A DNA stretch of 64,000 bases from a virus. How positions within the stretch are numbered: position 1 is the first letter of the stretch; each line of letters begins with the position of its first letter. The notes under the pieces were generated by a model. It had not been told where the DNA came from, ran no database searches, and saw only the letters and a list, made by a program, of their open reading frames with translations. The stretch lies in the IMG/VR virus record IMGVR_UViG_3300050821_005814, positions 1 to 64,000 of that record; one strand, 5' to 3'. The position numbers and the translations under genes are program-made. Below are positions 54,767-63,272 of the stretch, piece by piece.

Positions 54767-55094
54767 GGTATATTGGCTATTGTCTGCGCTGGTGGGAAAT
54801 GAGTGGTGTGCTGATGAACCCTCCCGCCAGCACGGATCGGATCGCTGTGCCCCCCAAAGGCAGTGATCCGTGGCGGCTCTTGTGCTTCCGTGAGAGTCGC
54901 TAAGGAGAAGGGTGCGTAGGGCCGCAACAGCCCGACTGTACGCTACGCACCCTTCACTCCCTCTAGCAGTTGGTAGTGCAGTGCCCGGTCCAGATCCCCT
55001 TAGCTTAACACGCCGCAATACAGTCATGGGACTCGCACTATGCGGGTTCGGCAATCCGCGCGCTGACTGCAATGCGTATGCAGGAGACTACAGT

Positions 55095-55598
55095 ATGCTT
55101 GTCGGCTTCAGTGCGCATCTCGATGGTGTCAACCAAATGGGATGCATGAACCTTGCGTATACGGCAGTCGGTATGCGCAACACGGACTTCAATGACGCAG
55201 GCTATGACCTTGCCAACAACTGGTGGATGCCGCCAGCCGTCGGGCTAGTCATCATGGCATTCAATGTGTGGATCAACGCTAACGCATGCGCGCCTATCAT
55301 GGCGGACTCAGCAGGGCGTGTCACGTTTCCGCCTGGCGAAGGGTTTGCGCAGTGCGGCAAGATACACTCGAGCCGCGATCGAGGCGCATCCTGGCAGCAG
55401 GTCAAAGCAGCGCCGGGGTTCAACCCCGCTGGATACCCCGGCACAGGTGGTTCTGGGAATGCCGGCATTCTCGCAAAGGCAGATGGCATGACAGCATTTC
55501 GACTGTTCATGTATACGACATCCGCTGACGGTAAGGATGAGTGCGTGATCGATGGCAATCCCGCACACACATGGTTCACAGGGTTCTATGCGCAATGA
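55095..55598 (+). CDS. C1q/TNF-like domain protein
   Basis: ATG 55095 after AGGAG; GFSA.....Q.......DFN..GYD.....W.PP..G...TWFTG pattern. Confidence 0.45.
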   Translation: MLVGFSAHLDGVNQMGCMNLAYTAVGMRNTDFNDAGYDLANNWWMPPAVGLVIMAFNVWINANACAPIMADSAGRVTFPPGEGFAQCGKIHSSRDRGASWQQVKAAPGFNPAGYPGTGGSGNAGILAKADGMTAFRLFMYTTSADGKDECVIDGNPAHTWFTGFYAQ

Positions 55599-55981
55599 GT
55601 GAATGGGAAGCTGCGGCTAAGGCCGCGTTGCAGCGGCGGGAACGCGAGATGGGTCGCGCTGAAGTCACTGAAGCAGAGATTGCCGAGAAGATTGCAGCTG
55701 ATCCTGTTGCCGCTGCCGCAGTCCTATGCCGGCAGGAAGACAAGTTAATCGCAGCAGAGAAGGAGTTGCGCAACCTACTATCCGCCATGGACGAGTCTCT
55801 TTGGCATCGTCACGCCGAAATGGGCAAGAGAGTCAAACGCATCTGCATCACGGAAGATGCTATCGCTCGTATCCGCGTGATTGTTGGAGATAACGCATGT
55901 GATCATCCTAACTACGCCTTCTCCGAACACGGTAGATGCTGCCCTCACTGCGGCACATTCATGGTGGACTTCGGAGATTGA
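55595..55981 (+). CDS. Hypothetical protein with C-terminal Zn-ribbon
   Basis: ATGA overlap; CDH...CPHCG. Confidence 0.5.
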   Translation: MSEWEAAAKAALQRREREMGRAEVTEAEIAEKIAADPVAAAAVLCRQEDKLIAAEKELRNLLSAMDESLWHRHAEMGKRVKRICITEDAIARIRVIVGDNACDHPNYAFSEHGRCCPHCGTFMVDFGD

Positions 55982-55983
55982 AA

Positions 55984-56214
55984 ATGGCCAACGGTAAAAC
56001 TAATACGACCGACCCTCTCGATATGCCCCTACCGTGTGAAATCCGGGTGCCTGGAATGCGGTTCAGCAAGGGCGTGAAACTTCGTGTGTTTGTGGAGGCA
56101 GCGGCGCGTTGGAAGGCTATGGCTGATCGGCCAACGCAGAAGATGAACACGCAAGAGGTCGCCAGATTTCTCGAAAGGCTGCATCGGAAGGAAAATCTAC
56201 GTGGCGAAAATTGA
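55984..56214 (+). CDS. Small hypothetical protein
   Basis: GGAG RBS; LDMPLPC.I......F.KGV.LR motif. Confidence 0.5.
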   Translation: MANGKTNTTDPLDMPLPCEIRVPGMRFSKGVKLRVFVEAAARWKAMADRPTQKMNTQEVARFLERLHRKENLRGEN

Positions 56215-56230
56215 AACGACCGTTTAGGTC

Positions 56231-57238
56231 ATGCCCTACGATTGGCGCTCTCTGCTGGACCAAGCGCGCATCCCCTGGCGCGTGAAAGGTCCCAACACAT
56301 CCAAAGGGAATGTGTCAATCGAGTGCCCATTTTGCGGCGACGATCCAAGCTTTCATTTCCAGCTTAGCGAAACGTTTGATGGCTACCGTTGCCTACGCGA
56401 CAGCAGGCACAACGGCTCGCATATGGTGCGCCTACTGGTCGCCTTAGGATATAGCCGCACCGAAGCGCAAGTACTCCTGCATGAGCATAAGCTGGACAAG
56501 AAGCCGCTCCCGCCAAAGCCGCGCGCCATTGAAGACCTGACCGACATCTGGCAGCGCTTCCCGCCAGCCGAAGACGCACCGCATAGCATGCGCTACCTGA
56601 AAGGGCGCGGCTTCACTAATCCCATGCAGACAGCTATTGACTACGATTTGCGCTATGCCAGGGCGGGCGATTGGGCGCAGCGTGTGCTCATACCATTTGC
56701 AGTTGATGGGATAGTCGTCAGTTGGGCTGGGCGCGCGACTACGAGTTACCTACGTCCTCGCTATCGTATGTATGATCCAAGTCCTCCTGGATTGATCTAT
56801 GTGCCGCGCGTCATCACGACTGAACAGACCGTTGTGATCGTCGAAGGGCAATTCGATGCACTCAAGATCGCAGTTGCAACAGAACGCGATTCCGTCGGTG
56901 TGATCGGCCTGAGCGGTAAGAACCTTGACAGCGCAGACCGTCTATTGCGCCTAGCACATGTGCTCGGCAAAAGCAGAAGGCTAATCTTGCTTGCGCTTGA
57001 TCCTGATGTCTCTGTTGGCGTTGCCAGCCATTCTATTATGCTGGTTGCGCAAGCATTGCGCTGGTGCTATGTTGCGCGCCTTCATGTGCCCGTCGGTCAG
57101 GAAGATCCAGGGGCAATGTCTTTGGGGGACGCGCAGAAGTGGATCCAAAACGCAATACGCGCAAACGCGCGAGTCTTTATGTCGGGCCGCAGTGGTCAGG
57201 CACATTCGAGGAATACGCCCGCAAGTACGCGCGCATAA
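56231..57238 (+). CDS. DNA primase (Zn-finger + Toprim)
   Basis: CPFC..D...H, YRC; YLKGRG; RVLIP....V.W.GR; Toprim VEGQFDA, LALDPD, EDPG. Confidence 0.85.
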   Translation: MPYDWRSLLDQARIPWRVKGPNTSKGNVSIECPFCGDDPSFHFQLSETFDGYRCLRDSRHNGSHMVRLLVALGYSRTEAQVLLHEHKLDKKPLPPKPRAIEDLTDIWQRFPPAEDAPHSMRYLKGRGFTNPMQTAIDYDLRYARAGDWAQRVLIPFAVDGIVVSWAGRATTSYLRPRYRMYDPSPPGLIYVPRVITTEQTVVIVEGQFDALKIAVATERDSVGVIGLSGKNLDSADRLLRLAHVLGKSRRLILLALDPDVSVGVASHSIMLVAQALRWCYVARLHVPVGQEDPGAMSLGDAQKWIQNAIRANARVFMSGRSGQAHSRNTPASTRA

Positions 57239-57720
57239 ACTACTGGAAGGTGCGCAAGCATTGCGAGACAGTGCAAGACGCTGAGCAGGAGTGCGCGATG
57301 GTCTTCGCCGACTGCTACAAGCGCTATGCGCACAAGGTCAACAATGATGCATGGTTCATGGCGCTGTACAAGCGCATGCTAGCAACGCATTGGATCAAGC
57401 TCGCCGAGAAGGGCCAGCGTCGATGTCTACTACCGATCATTGAAGAGCAGCCCGACGACTCGCTCGCGCTACTCGTAGCTGACCCTCAGGCAGAGGATAA
57501 CGTCGCAGGCGCGGCTGAGATCGCAGTCGCCTGGTCCCGTGCATCGTCCGAAGCGAAAGCAGTACTGCGCATAATTGCGGACGCGCCGGCGGAAGTCCTG
57601 CAAGAGCTGCTCAACAATAGGATCTCCGACACGCGGCGCAATCGCAGGTTTCGCCGCTGGGCCAATCTGCCTGGTAAGCCTGACATTCTCGGGGAGCTGC
57701 GTGCGTTACTACACGCATAG
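57139..57720 (+). CDS. Hypothetical protein, weakly sigma-factor-like
   Basis: DAEQE...VF..C..RY resembles sigma region 2; start uncertain (GTG 57139). Confidence 0.4.
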   Translation: MDPKRNTRKRASLYVGPQWSGTFEEYARKYARINYWKVRKHCETVQDAEQECAMVFADCYKRYAHKVNNDAWFMALYKRMLATHWIKLAEKGQRRCLLPIIEEQPDDSLALLVADPQAEDNVAGAAEIAVAWSRASSEAKAVLRIIADAPAEVLQELLNNRISDTRRNRRFRRWANLPGKPDILGELRALLHA

Positions 57721-57730
57721 GTAGCAATGT

Positions 57731-57740
57731 GGGTATAATG
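57731..57740 (+). promoter_or_regulatory. Putative promoter motif GGGTATAATG
   Basis: Consensus TATAAT within the motif family; upstream of AGGAGG RBS and 57765 start. Confidence 0.55.
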
Positions 57741-57764
57741 CCTCTGTAGTCAGGAGGCACACCC

Positions 57765-58274
57765 ATGGTCAGACTAACGCCGAAGATGGTCGCGCCGACC
57801 GTCGCTATCAAGTTACGCGATGAGGTCATCGCCGAGATAGGCGATTGGCTGCTAATCATGCCAGACGACCAAGTTGTCGTCATGAACGATGCAGACGTGC
57901 GGGCAGTCTACACGCAGATCAAAGAGACTCATGCACCGGCAGGCAAAAAGTCCAAATACACGCGCGTTGTTGGCGTTTCGCCAAGATCATTTGCCGCCAT
58001 AATCAACGGCAAACCTGTGCGCGTCGGGGCGCAGACTATCCGCACATTGTCAGCCCTAAACGAGCTCCCTTTTGCACGCGGGACCACATCACAAGTAGCA
58101 AATAGGCTTACGCATCCTGATGATGCGCAGGTTTCAGCCCGCATGCTTGATGCAATCAGGTTTGAGTGCGTGCAATTGGATAAGTTCAATCGGCCCTTCA
58201 TATACCAACTCACGCCCGCAGGTGCGGAGGTCGTGCACCAATTCGGCAAGGAAGCAGGCAGAAAGGAATTCTGA
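57765..58274 (+). CDS. Hypothetical protein with winged-helix-like C-terminus
   Basis: AGGAGG RBS; YQLTPAG wing motif. Confidence 0.55.
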   Translation: MVRLTPKMVAPTVAIKLRDEVIAEIGDWLLIMPDDQVVVMNDADVRAVYTQIKETHAPAGKKSKYTRVVGVSPRSFAAIINGKPVRVGAQTIRTLSALNELPFARGTTSQVANRLTHPDDAQVSARMLDAIRFECVQLDKFNRPFIYQLTPAGAEVVHQFGKEAGRKEF

Positions 58275-58276
58275 CT

Positions 58277-59041
58277 ATGGCTGAAATGATCACCTCGAAT
58301 CGCGCTGGCCCCCTCGCTAAGCGCGTATTGCTCTACTCAGGCGGCATGGATAGCGTCTGCTTTGACAACCTGCTCTTGCCTGACGTTTGCCTGTATGTGC
58401 GCAACAAAGCGCCCTATGCTGCATGCGAAGACTACTGCGTCGAGAAACTCGAGGCGCAGGACAAGATCAAAGGTGAGCTTGTGACACTCGATGCCAATGT
58501 GCTCGATCTCTCGCAATGGGAGCGCGATGACGCAATCGTGCCCAACCGCAATGCGCATCTCGTCCTACTCGCAAGCAACTATGGCGACCAGATCTATCTC
58601 AGTTCGGTCTATGGCGATCGATCCAACGACAAGGATGAGAAGTTCTACCGCCTGATGGAAATGCTACTCGGGCATATGTGGGATGAGCAGCATTGGACAA
58701 AGCGCCGGCGCTTCCGTATCTCAAGTCCCTTCAAGATGTGGACGAAATCAACGCTTGTCGACCGCTACTTGTCTCGCGGAGGTGACCACCTTGCGCTGCT
58801 GACATCCTACTCCTGCTACCGCGGGCAACCCAAGCATTGCGGCATCTGCAAGCCTTGCTTCCGCAAACGCGTCGCGCTCGAGAACAACTATATCGAAGTG
58901 CCGCGGGGTTACTTCGAGGATGACTTCTGGCGCCAAGACTGGTTTCATGAACTGCTGCCGCGCATGCAGGAAGGCAAGTATCGAGGCGATGAGGACAAGG
59001 ATGTACTCAAGTTCCTGCGGCTAAGGAATTTGCTTGCATAG
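58277..59041 (+). CDS. queC: 7-cyano-7-deazaguanine synthase
   Basis: LLYSGGMDS PP-loop, VPNRN, SYSCY...HCGICKPC..R Zn motif. Confidence 0.9.
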   Translation: MAEMITSNRAGPLAKRVLLYSGGMDSVCFDNLLLPDVCLYVRNKAPYAACEDYCVEKLEAQDKIKGELVTLDANVLDLSQWERDDAIVPNRNAHLVLLASNYGDQIYLSSVYGDRSNDKDEKFYRLMEMLLGHMWDEQHWTKRRRFRISSPFKMWTKSTLVDRYLSRGGDHLALLTSYSCYRGQPKHCGICKPCFRKRVALENNYIEVPRGYFEDDFWRQDWFHELLPRMQEGKYRGDEDKDVLKFLRLRNLLA

Positions 59042-59090
59042 CGCTGCGCATAGCTACTAGCTTGCGCAGCCTAATGGGAGAACAGTAATC

Positions 59091-59321
59091 ATGGTTGCGA
59101 GCGTAAGCTCAATTGAGGCAGTCGTACGCATAGTGCGAAAGCATGTCTCAGATGAGAAGTTTCAGGTCATCGTGTCTGAGTTGATCGATGTGCCTGGTAA
59201 TGCATCGTTCCGCGAGTCGGTCATGCGCCTCGCCGACCTTGCTAACATTGGGCTTGATGGGCGGCCAACGCATGTGCGGCAGATCCGCAAGCGCGTGCGG
59301 CTTGTGCGGGTGAAGCTATGA
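59091..59321 (+). CDS. Small hypothetical protein
   Basis: GGGAG RBS; 76 aa. Confidence 0.5.
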   Translation: MVASVSSIEAVVRIVRKHVSDEKFQVIVSELIDVPGNASFRESVMRLADLANIGLDGRPTHVRQIRKRVRLVRVKL

Positions 59322-59647
59322 CCGACACATCTCATGACTTCAGCGGCAAGTACGATGCATGGGAACTGCGCGTGTTCGATAGCGCGACAAGCTTCTCATG
59401 CGTCACGGTCTATGGCGGTGGTAGACGCGATAGGGCGGTGTTCTCCGATCTGCCCAGCGCCTTTAACGCAGCGCGCGACATGCAGCGCACATGCGTGTAT
59501 GCAGTGTCAGGCTTTGGTCACGGCATCTGCCTCGACCGCAAGCTATGGGATGTCTGGTTAGAGCGCTGGAACGAGAACCAACTGAGTAAGAAGATCACGC
59601 CGCGGCCTGTCAAGCGCCGCCGACGCGAGGCACTTGCATCTACCTAA
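59318..59647 (+). CDS. Hypothetical protein
   Basis: ATGA overlap; 109 aa. Confidence 0.5.
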   Translation: MTDTSHDFSGKYDAWELRVFDSATSFSCVTVYGGGRRDRAVFSDLPSAFNAARDMQRTCVYAVSGFGHGICLDRKLWDVWLERWNENQLSKKITPRPVKRRRREALAST

Positions 59648-59718
59648 GCAAGTGCACTAGGACGACCTGTGCTTGGTATATTGCTAAGTCGGGAACACAA
59701 TGAGTCAGGAGCTAAGCG

Positions 59719-60351
59719 ATGGCTAACAAGACTGTCTACGACCTGCTGCTCGCCTTCGTGAAGGAGCAGGATGCTGACTTCGAGGAGCGCACCGAGAAGG
59801 AGACCGACCAGAAGTATCTCGCGCGCATGATGACCGTCATCTCGGAAGCAGACGAGGAAGTCTGGAACGGGCTCGACGAAGACGCGCAGAGCTGGTTCAA
59901 CGACGCGGCGATCGCGCGCAAAAAGCGGAAGGATGTCGACCTGCCAGACGGTTACGAGGCAGCGCCTGTGCCGGAGAAGGCAGCGCGCAAGAAGTCCGGT
60001 GCTGAGGCACTCGCTGAGACGACCGCCAAGAAGGCGGCTGGCAAGAAGGCGGCTGCACCTGCAAAGAAGGAAGCAGCTAAAAAGCAGGCTGCCCCGGCGA
60101 AGAAGGCGGCTGCCAAGAAGGAAGCTGCACCGAAGAAGGCTGCTGCTGCGACGAAGCCGAAGAAGGAACTGTCGGCTGCGCAGTTCATGCGGCAACTCGT
60201 CATCAAAAAGCACAACATCACAAACGAGGAAGTCGCGGAGAAGGTCGCCGCCAAGTTCGAGGACATCAGTGCAGCCACAATCGCCGCAACCGCGGGATTC
60301 ACGCGAAGCGTCATTCGCGACATGATCGAGATGGGCGTGCTATCGAGTTAA
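59719..60351 (+). CDS. Histone H1-like Lys/Ala-rich protein
   Basis: Acidic N-domain (W..L...AQ.WFN), central KKAAA/PAKK repeats, small helical C-domain; AGGAG RBS. Confidence 0.65.
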   Translation: MANKTVYDLLLAFVKEQDADFEERTEKETDQKYLARMMTVISEADEEVWNGLDEDAQSWFNDAAIARKKRKDVDLPDGYEAAPVPEKAARKKSGAEALAETTAKKAAGKKAAAPAKKEAAKKQAAPAKKAAAKKEAAPKKAAAATKPKKELSAAQFMRQLVIKKHNITNEEVAEKVAAKFEDISAATIAATAGFTRSVIRDMIEMGVLSS

Positions 60352-60396
60352 CCTCCGCGTCTCTAGTTCTCCCAGGACAGCGTAGAGGTTGGCGGG

Positions 60397-60434
60397 AGGG
60401 GGCGGTCCTTGAGCGAGGCCGCCCCCTTTCTTTT
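60397..60434 (+). terminator. Rho-independent terminator
   Basis: AGGGGGCGGT / GCCGCCCCCT stem followed by TTCTTTT. Confidence 0.85.
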
Positions 60435-60510
60435 GCAGCCTACCCCTAGCATGACAGCGCCCCTAATGCTGGAAGCTGCGGAGCCCCCCGTCCTAGCTCG
60501 CTCGCGATGG

Positions 60511-60521
60511 GGGTATATTGC
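60511..60521 (+). promoter_or_regulatory. Putative promoter motif GGGTATATTGC
   Basis: Recurrent motif after terminator and upstream of folE. Confidence 0.55.
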
Positions 60522-60549
60522 TTAGCTGGACCCCATTTGCAGGACCGTC

Positions 60550-61176
60550 ATGTCAATGCACCCCGATGACTTCGCGCTCCCGCTTGAGCGCTCGCTTGAG
60601 CGCCCTTCCAAGTTTGACGCGCTAGCCGCTATGCGCACCATACTGCGTTACATAGGCGAAGACCCCTTGCGACCAGGCTTGCTTGAAACGCCAGACCGCG
60701 TGTTGCGCGCATGGGAACGCGAATGGGGGCGCGGGTATCGTGAAGACCCCAGCAAGTTTGCCCGGCTGTTCGAGGAAGAGCAGCCCTTCTATGACTCCAT
60801 GGTCATCGTGCGACACATTCGTGTGCGCAGCATGTGCGAGCACCACATGGCACCATTCATCGGCTACGCGCATGTCGGCTACCTGCCGAAAGACGCGCGA
60901 CATGTCGTTGGCATCTCGAAGCTTGCGCGCATCGTTGATCACTTCTCCCGCCGCTTGCAGGTGCAGGAACGCCTGACCTACGAGATCGTAGACTTCATCA
61001 TGGACAAGATCACCGATCTCGGGGCTGGCGTCATCATATGTGCCAAGCATACCTGCATGTGTACGCGTGGCGTGAATGAGGCGGAGGCTGAGACCGTTAC
61101 GTCAGCGCTGAAGGGGGCATTCTTTGACAACCCTGAAACGCGGTCCGAGTTCCTGCGCTTAGCGCATCCTAAATAG
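60550..61176 (+). CDS. folE: GTP cyclohydrolase I
   Basis: GEDP.R.GL.ETP.RV, SMCEHH, GISKLAR, RRLQVQERLT, H.CM..RG. Confidence 0.95.
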   Translation: MSMHPDDFALPLERSLERPSKFDALAAMRTILRYIGEDPLRPGLLETPDRVLRAWEREWGRGYREDPSKFARLFEEEQPFYDSMVIVRHIRVRSMCEHHMAPFIGYAHVGYLPKDARHVVGISKLARIVDHFSRRLQVQERLTYEIVDFIMDKITDLGAGVIICAKHTCMCTRGVNEAEAETVTSALKGAFFDNPETRSEFLRLAHPK

Positions 61177-61185
61177 GAGAGCACT

Positions 61186-61830
61186 ATGAGTAAGCTTGTA
61201 ATCTCCATTGACGACAACATCATCTTCAAGCTGTTTCAGCAATCGAGCCTGATGCCTCCATGCATGTTGAAGATCGGTTGGTTGCAGGTGCTTGCTGCGA
61301 CCGCTGCGACGACGTTCGCTGGCCACATGCTGGATGTCAAGCTGTTCGATACGCCAGACAAGGTCTATAAGATTGTCAGCGATTTGACGCACCACTTTGA
61401 ACCCGCCTTTCTGTCTGTGCATGCGGCAGGAGGGCGCGAGATGCTCAATGCTGCATATGCCGCGGCGGCGGGGACGAACACGGAGCTGTTCGCAGTTGGC
61501 GTAATGACAACCGATCATGCAGCAAGAGGGATTGAGGAACTATCGCGCAATGTCGAGCTTGCTACGATGGCGCTGGAGACAGGTATCAACTATCTAAGTT
61601 GCAGTATGGATTCTGTGCATTTCCTGAAGACGATGTTCCCGGCGCTCAAGCTAATCGTGCCCGGCATCCGCATGGGCAACAGCGACCTTCGTATGGTCAA
61701 GGACCATGCGCGCGTGCACGAACCGACAGACCGACGTGTCGACTACTACGTCGTCGGGCGACCTATCACGCAATCGGCAGCACCCTTTGTGGAGGCGAAG
61801 CGTTACTTCGATGTGATCGATGCCCTCTAA
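61186..61830 (+). CDS. pyrF: Orotidine-5'-phosphate decarboxylase
   Basis: ISID, LKIG, catalytic DVKLFD (DxKxxD), SVHA.GG, PGIR, VVGRPIT. Confidence 0.8.
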   Translation: MSKLVISIDDNIIFKLFQQSSLMPPCMLKIGWLQVLAATAATTFAGHMLDVKLFDTPDKVYKIVSDLTHHFEPAFLSVHAAGGREMLNAAYAAAAGTNTELFAVGVMTTDHAARGIEELSRNVELATMALETGINYLSCSMDSVHFLKTMFPALKLIVPGIRMGNSDLRMVKDHARVHEPTDRRVDYYVVGRPITQSAAPFVEAKRYFDVIDAL

Positions 61831-62884
61831 GCGCAAGGCGGGCACGCCGAAAGTCTGCATGCTCATAGATAGCGGCGCCTACTCAGCGTGGCGATTGAAG
61901 AAGCCAGTCAACCTCGATCAGTACTGCGACTTCTTGAAAGCCAATCTCGACTGGATCAACGGCTATGTCAACATGGATGTCATCATCCCGGAAGACCCTG
62001 AGAAGGCAGCAGCAGCAGGCTTCGAGAACTTTAAGTGCATGCGGCGCAAGGGACTCAATCCCATCCCTGTTGTGCACGCAGGCGAGGACATCAAGTGGAC
62101 CTATCGCTATCTCGATGCGAAGTGTGACTACCTGGGGATTTCCTCATCCATGTTAGGGCATCGTCCAGGCGGCATGGCGGACGACTGGTATGCGGAGGTC
62201 TGGTCGCATCTCGTTGACAGTCAGGGTAATCCCATCGTCAAGACGCATGCGTTCGGCGAGGGGCGGCAGGAAGCTATGCAGCGCTTCCCCTGGTACTCCG
62301 CTGACAGCGCGAGCTGGATTTATGCGTCGCAGCGCAGCGGACGTGTCAAGCTTATTGGCGGGCGTGATGTGCAGTTCCGTGCTGACGGTCTGCATACCGA
62401 ACGCGAACCCGACATCCTATCACTCGCCAAACATGATCACGGCGAGTTTAGCCGCATACTGGCAGACGAAGGGATTGACTGGGAAAGCTTCAAGGAGCGT
62501 TCAGGTCGCCCCGCCTACACCATTCGCACCTATTTGACCTGCAAGTACTTCCTTTGGTTGGAGAAGTACATACGCGGCATGCAGCCGATTGCTTTCCATC
62601 CGACATCCTTGTTTGGGCGCCCAAAGGTGAAGCTGCCGGGCATTCGGCTTAACGCATTCAACCTGCATCTCGTGCTTGGCGGCAATGCGTCAGCGCAAGC
62701 TGTGTTTGCGCATGCAGGCGGGACAAACGCCCTTGTGTCATTCTTTCACATCCTCGAGTTTGCGCACTACGCGACACTTCGCGACTTCGTGTATAATCCT
62801 CTCAAGACCTGTCAAACAGCAGAGCATCTGAAAGGGTACTACGATGTCATCGACAAGCTCGTTAAAGCGCCGGCAGCAGCGTAA
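61820..62884 (+). CDS. dpdA: DpdA/TGT-like 7-deazaguanine DNA transglycosylase
   Basis: LIDSGAYSAW, YVNMDVI, PIPVVH, YLGI, KTHAFG, FPWYSADSASW; clustered with queC/folE. Confidence 0.7.
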   Translation: MPSKRKAGTPKVCMLIDSGAYSAWRLKKPVNLDQYCDFLKANLDWINGYVNMDVIIPEDPEKAAAAGFENFKCMRRKGLNPIPVVHAGEDIKWTYRYLDAKCDYLGISSSMLGHRPGGMADDWYAEVWSHLVDSQGNPIVKTHAFGEGRQEAMQRFPWYSADSASWIYASQRSGRVKLIGGRDVQFRADGLHTEREPDILSLAKHDHGEFSRILADEGIDWESFKERSGRPAYTIRTYLTCKYFLWLEKYIRGMQPIAFHPTSLFGRPKVKLPGIRLNAFNLHLVLGGNASAQAVFAHAGGTNALVSFFHILEFAHYATLRDFVYNPLKTCQTAEHLKGYYDVIDKLVKAPAAA

Positions 62885-63272
62885 GAGCAGCGCGAACATG
62901 CAGCGCTTGTTGCATGCGCGTAAAGTGATGGAGCAGGTGCGTGATGAGCAGCGGCCATTCAATATGGCGACGTGGTTTGCGCCATCTGATCCAGAGTATG
63001 CGCATGACTGCCAGACTGCCGCTTGCTTTGGCGGTTGGTGCGCGCGAGATCCGCTGTTTCAGGCTGAGGGACTCGGAATCTTTATGGAGATGCCAGCTTA
63101 CAGCGACAGGGTAGGGTCAGTCGCACTAGCGAACTTCTTCAACATTAAGCTGCCCGACGCCAAGTTCCTGACGCTGCCGCGTAATTATGAGGAGCTCGTC
63201 GGCACCGCTGACAGAATCCAACCGCAACACGTCATCGACCATCTCGACATAGTCATAAAGAGGTACTCATGA
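62844..63272 (+). CDS. Hypothetical phage protein
   Basis: FNM..W...C.TAACFGGW motif. Confidence 0.55.
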   Translation: MSSTSSLKRRQQRKSSANMQRLLHARKVMEQVRDEQRPFNMATWFAPSDPEYAHDCQTAACFGGWCARDPLFQAEGLGIFMEMPAYSDRVGSVALANFFNIKLPDAKFLTLPRNYEELVGTADRIQPQHVIDHLDIVIKRYS

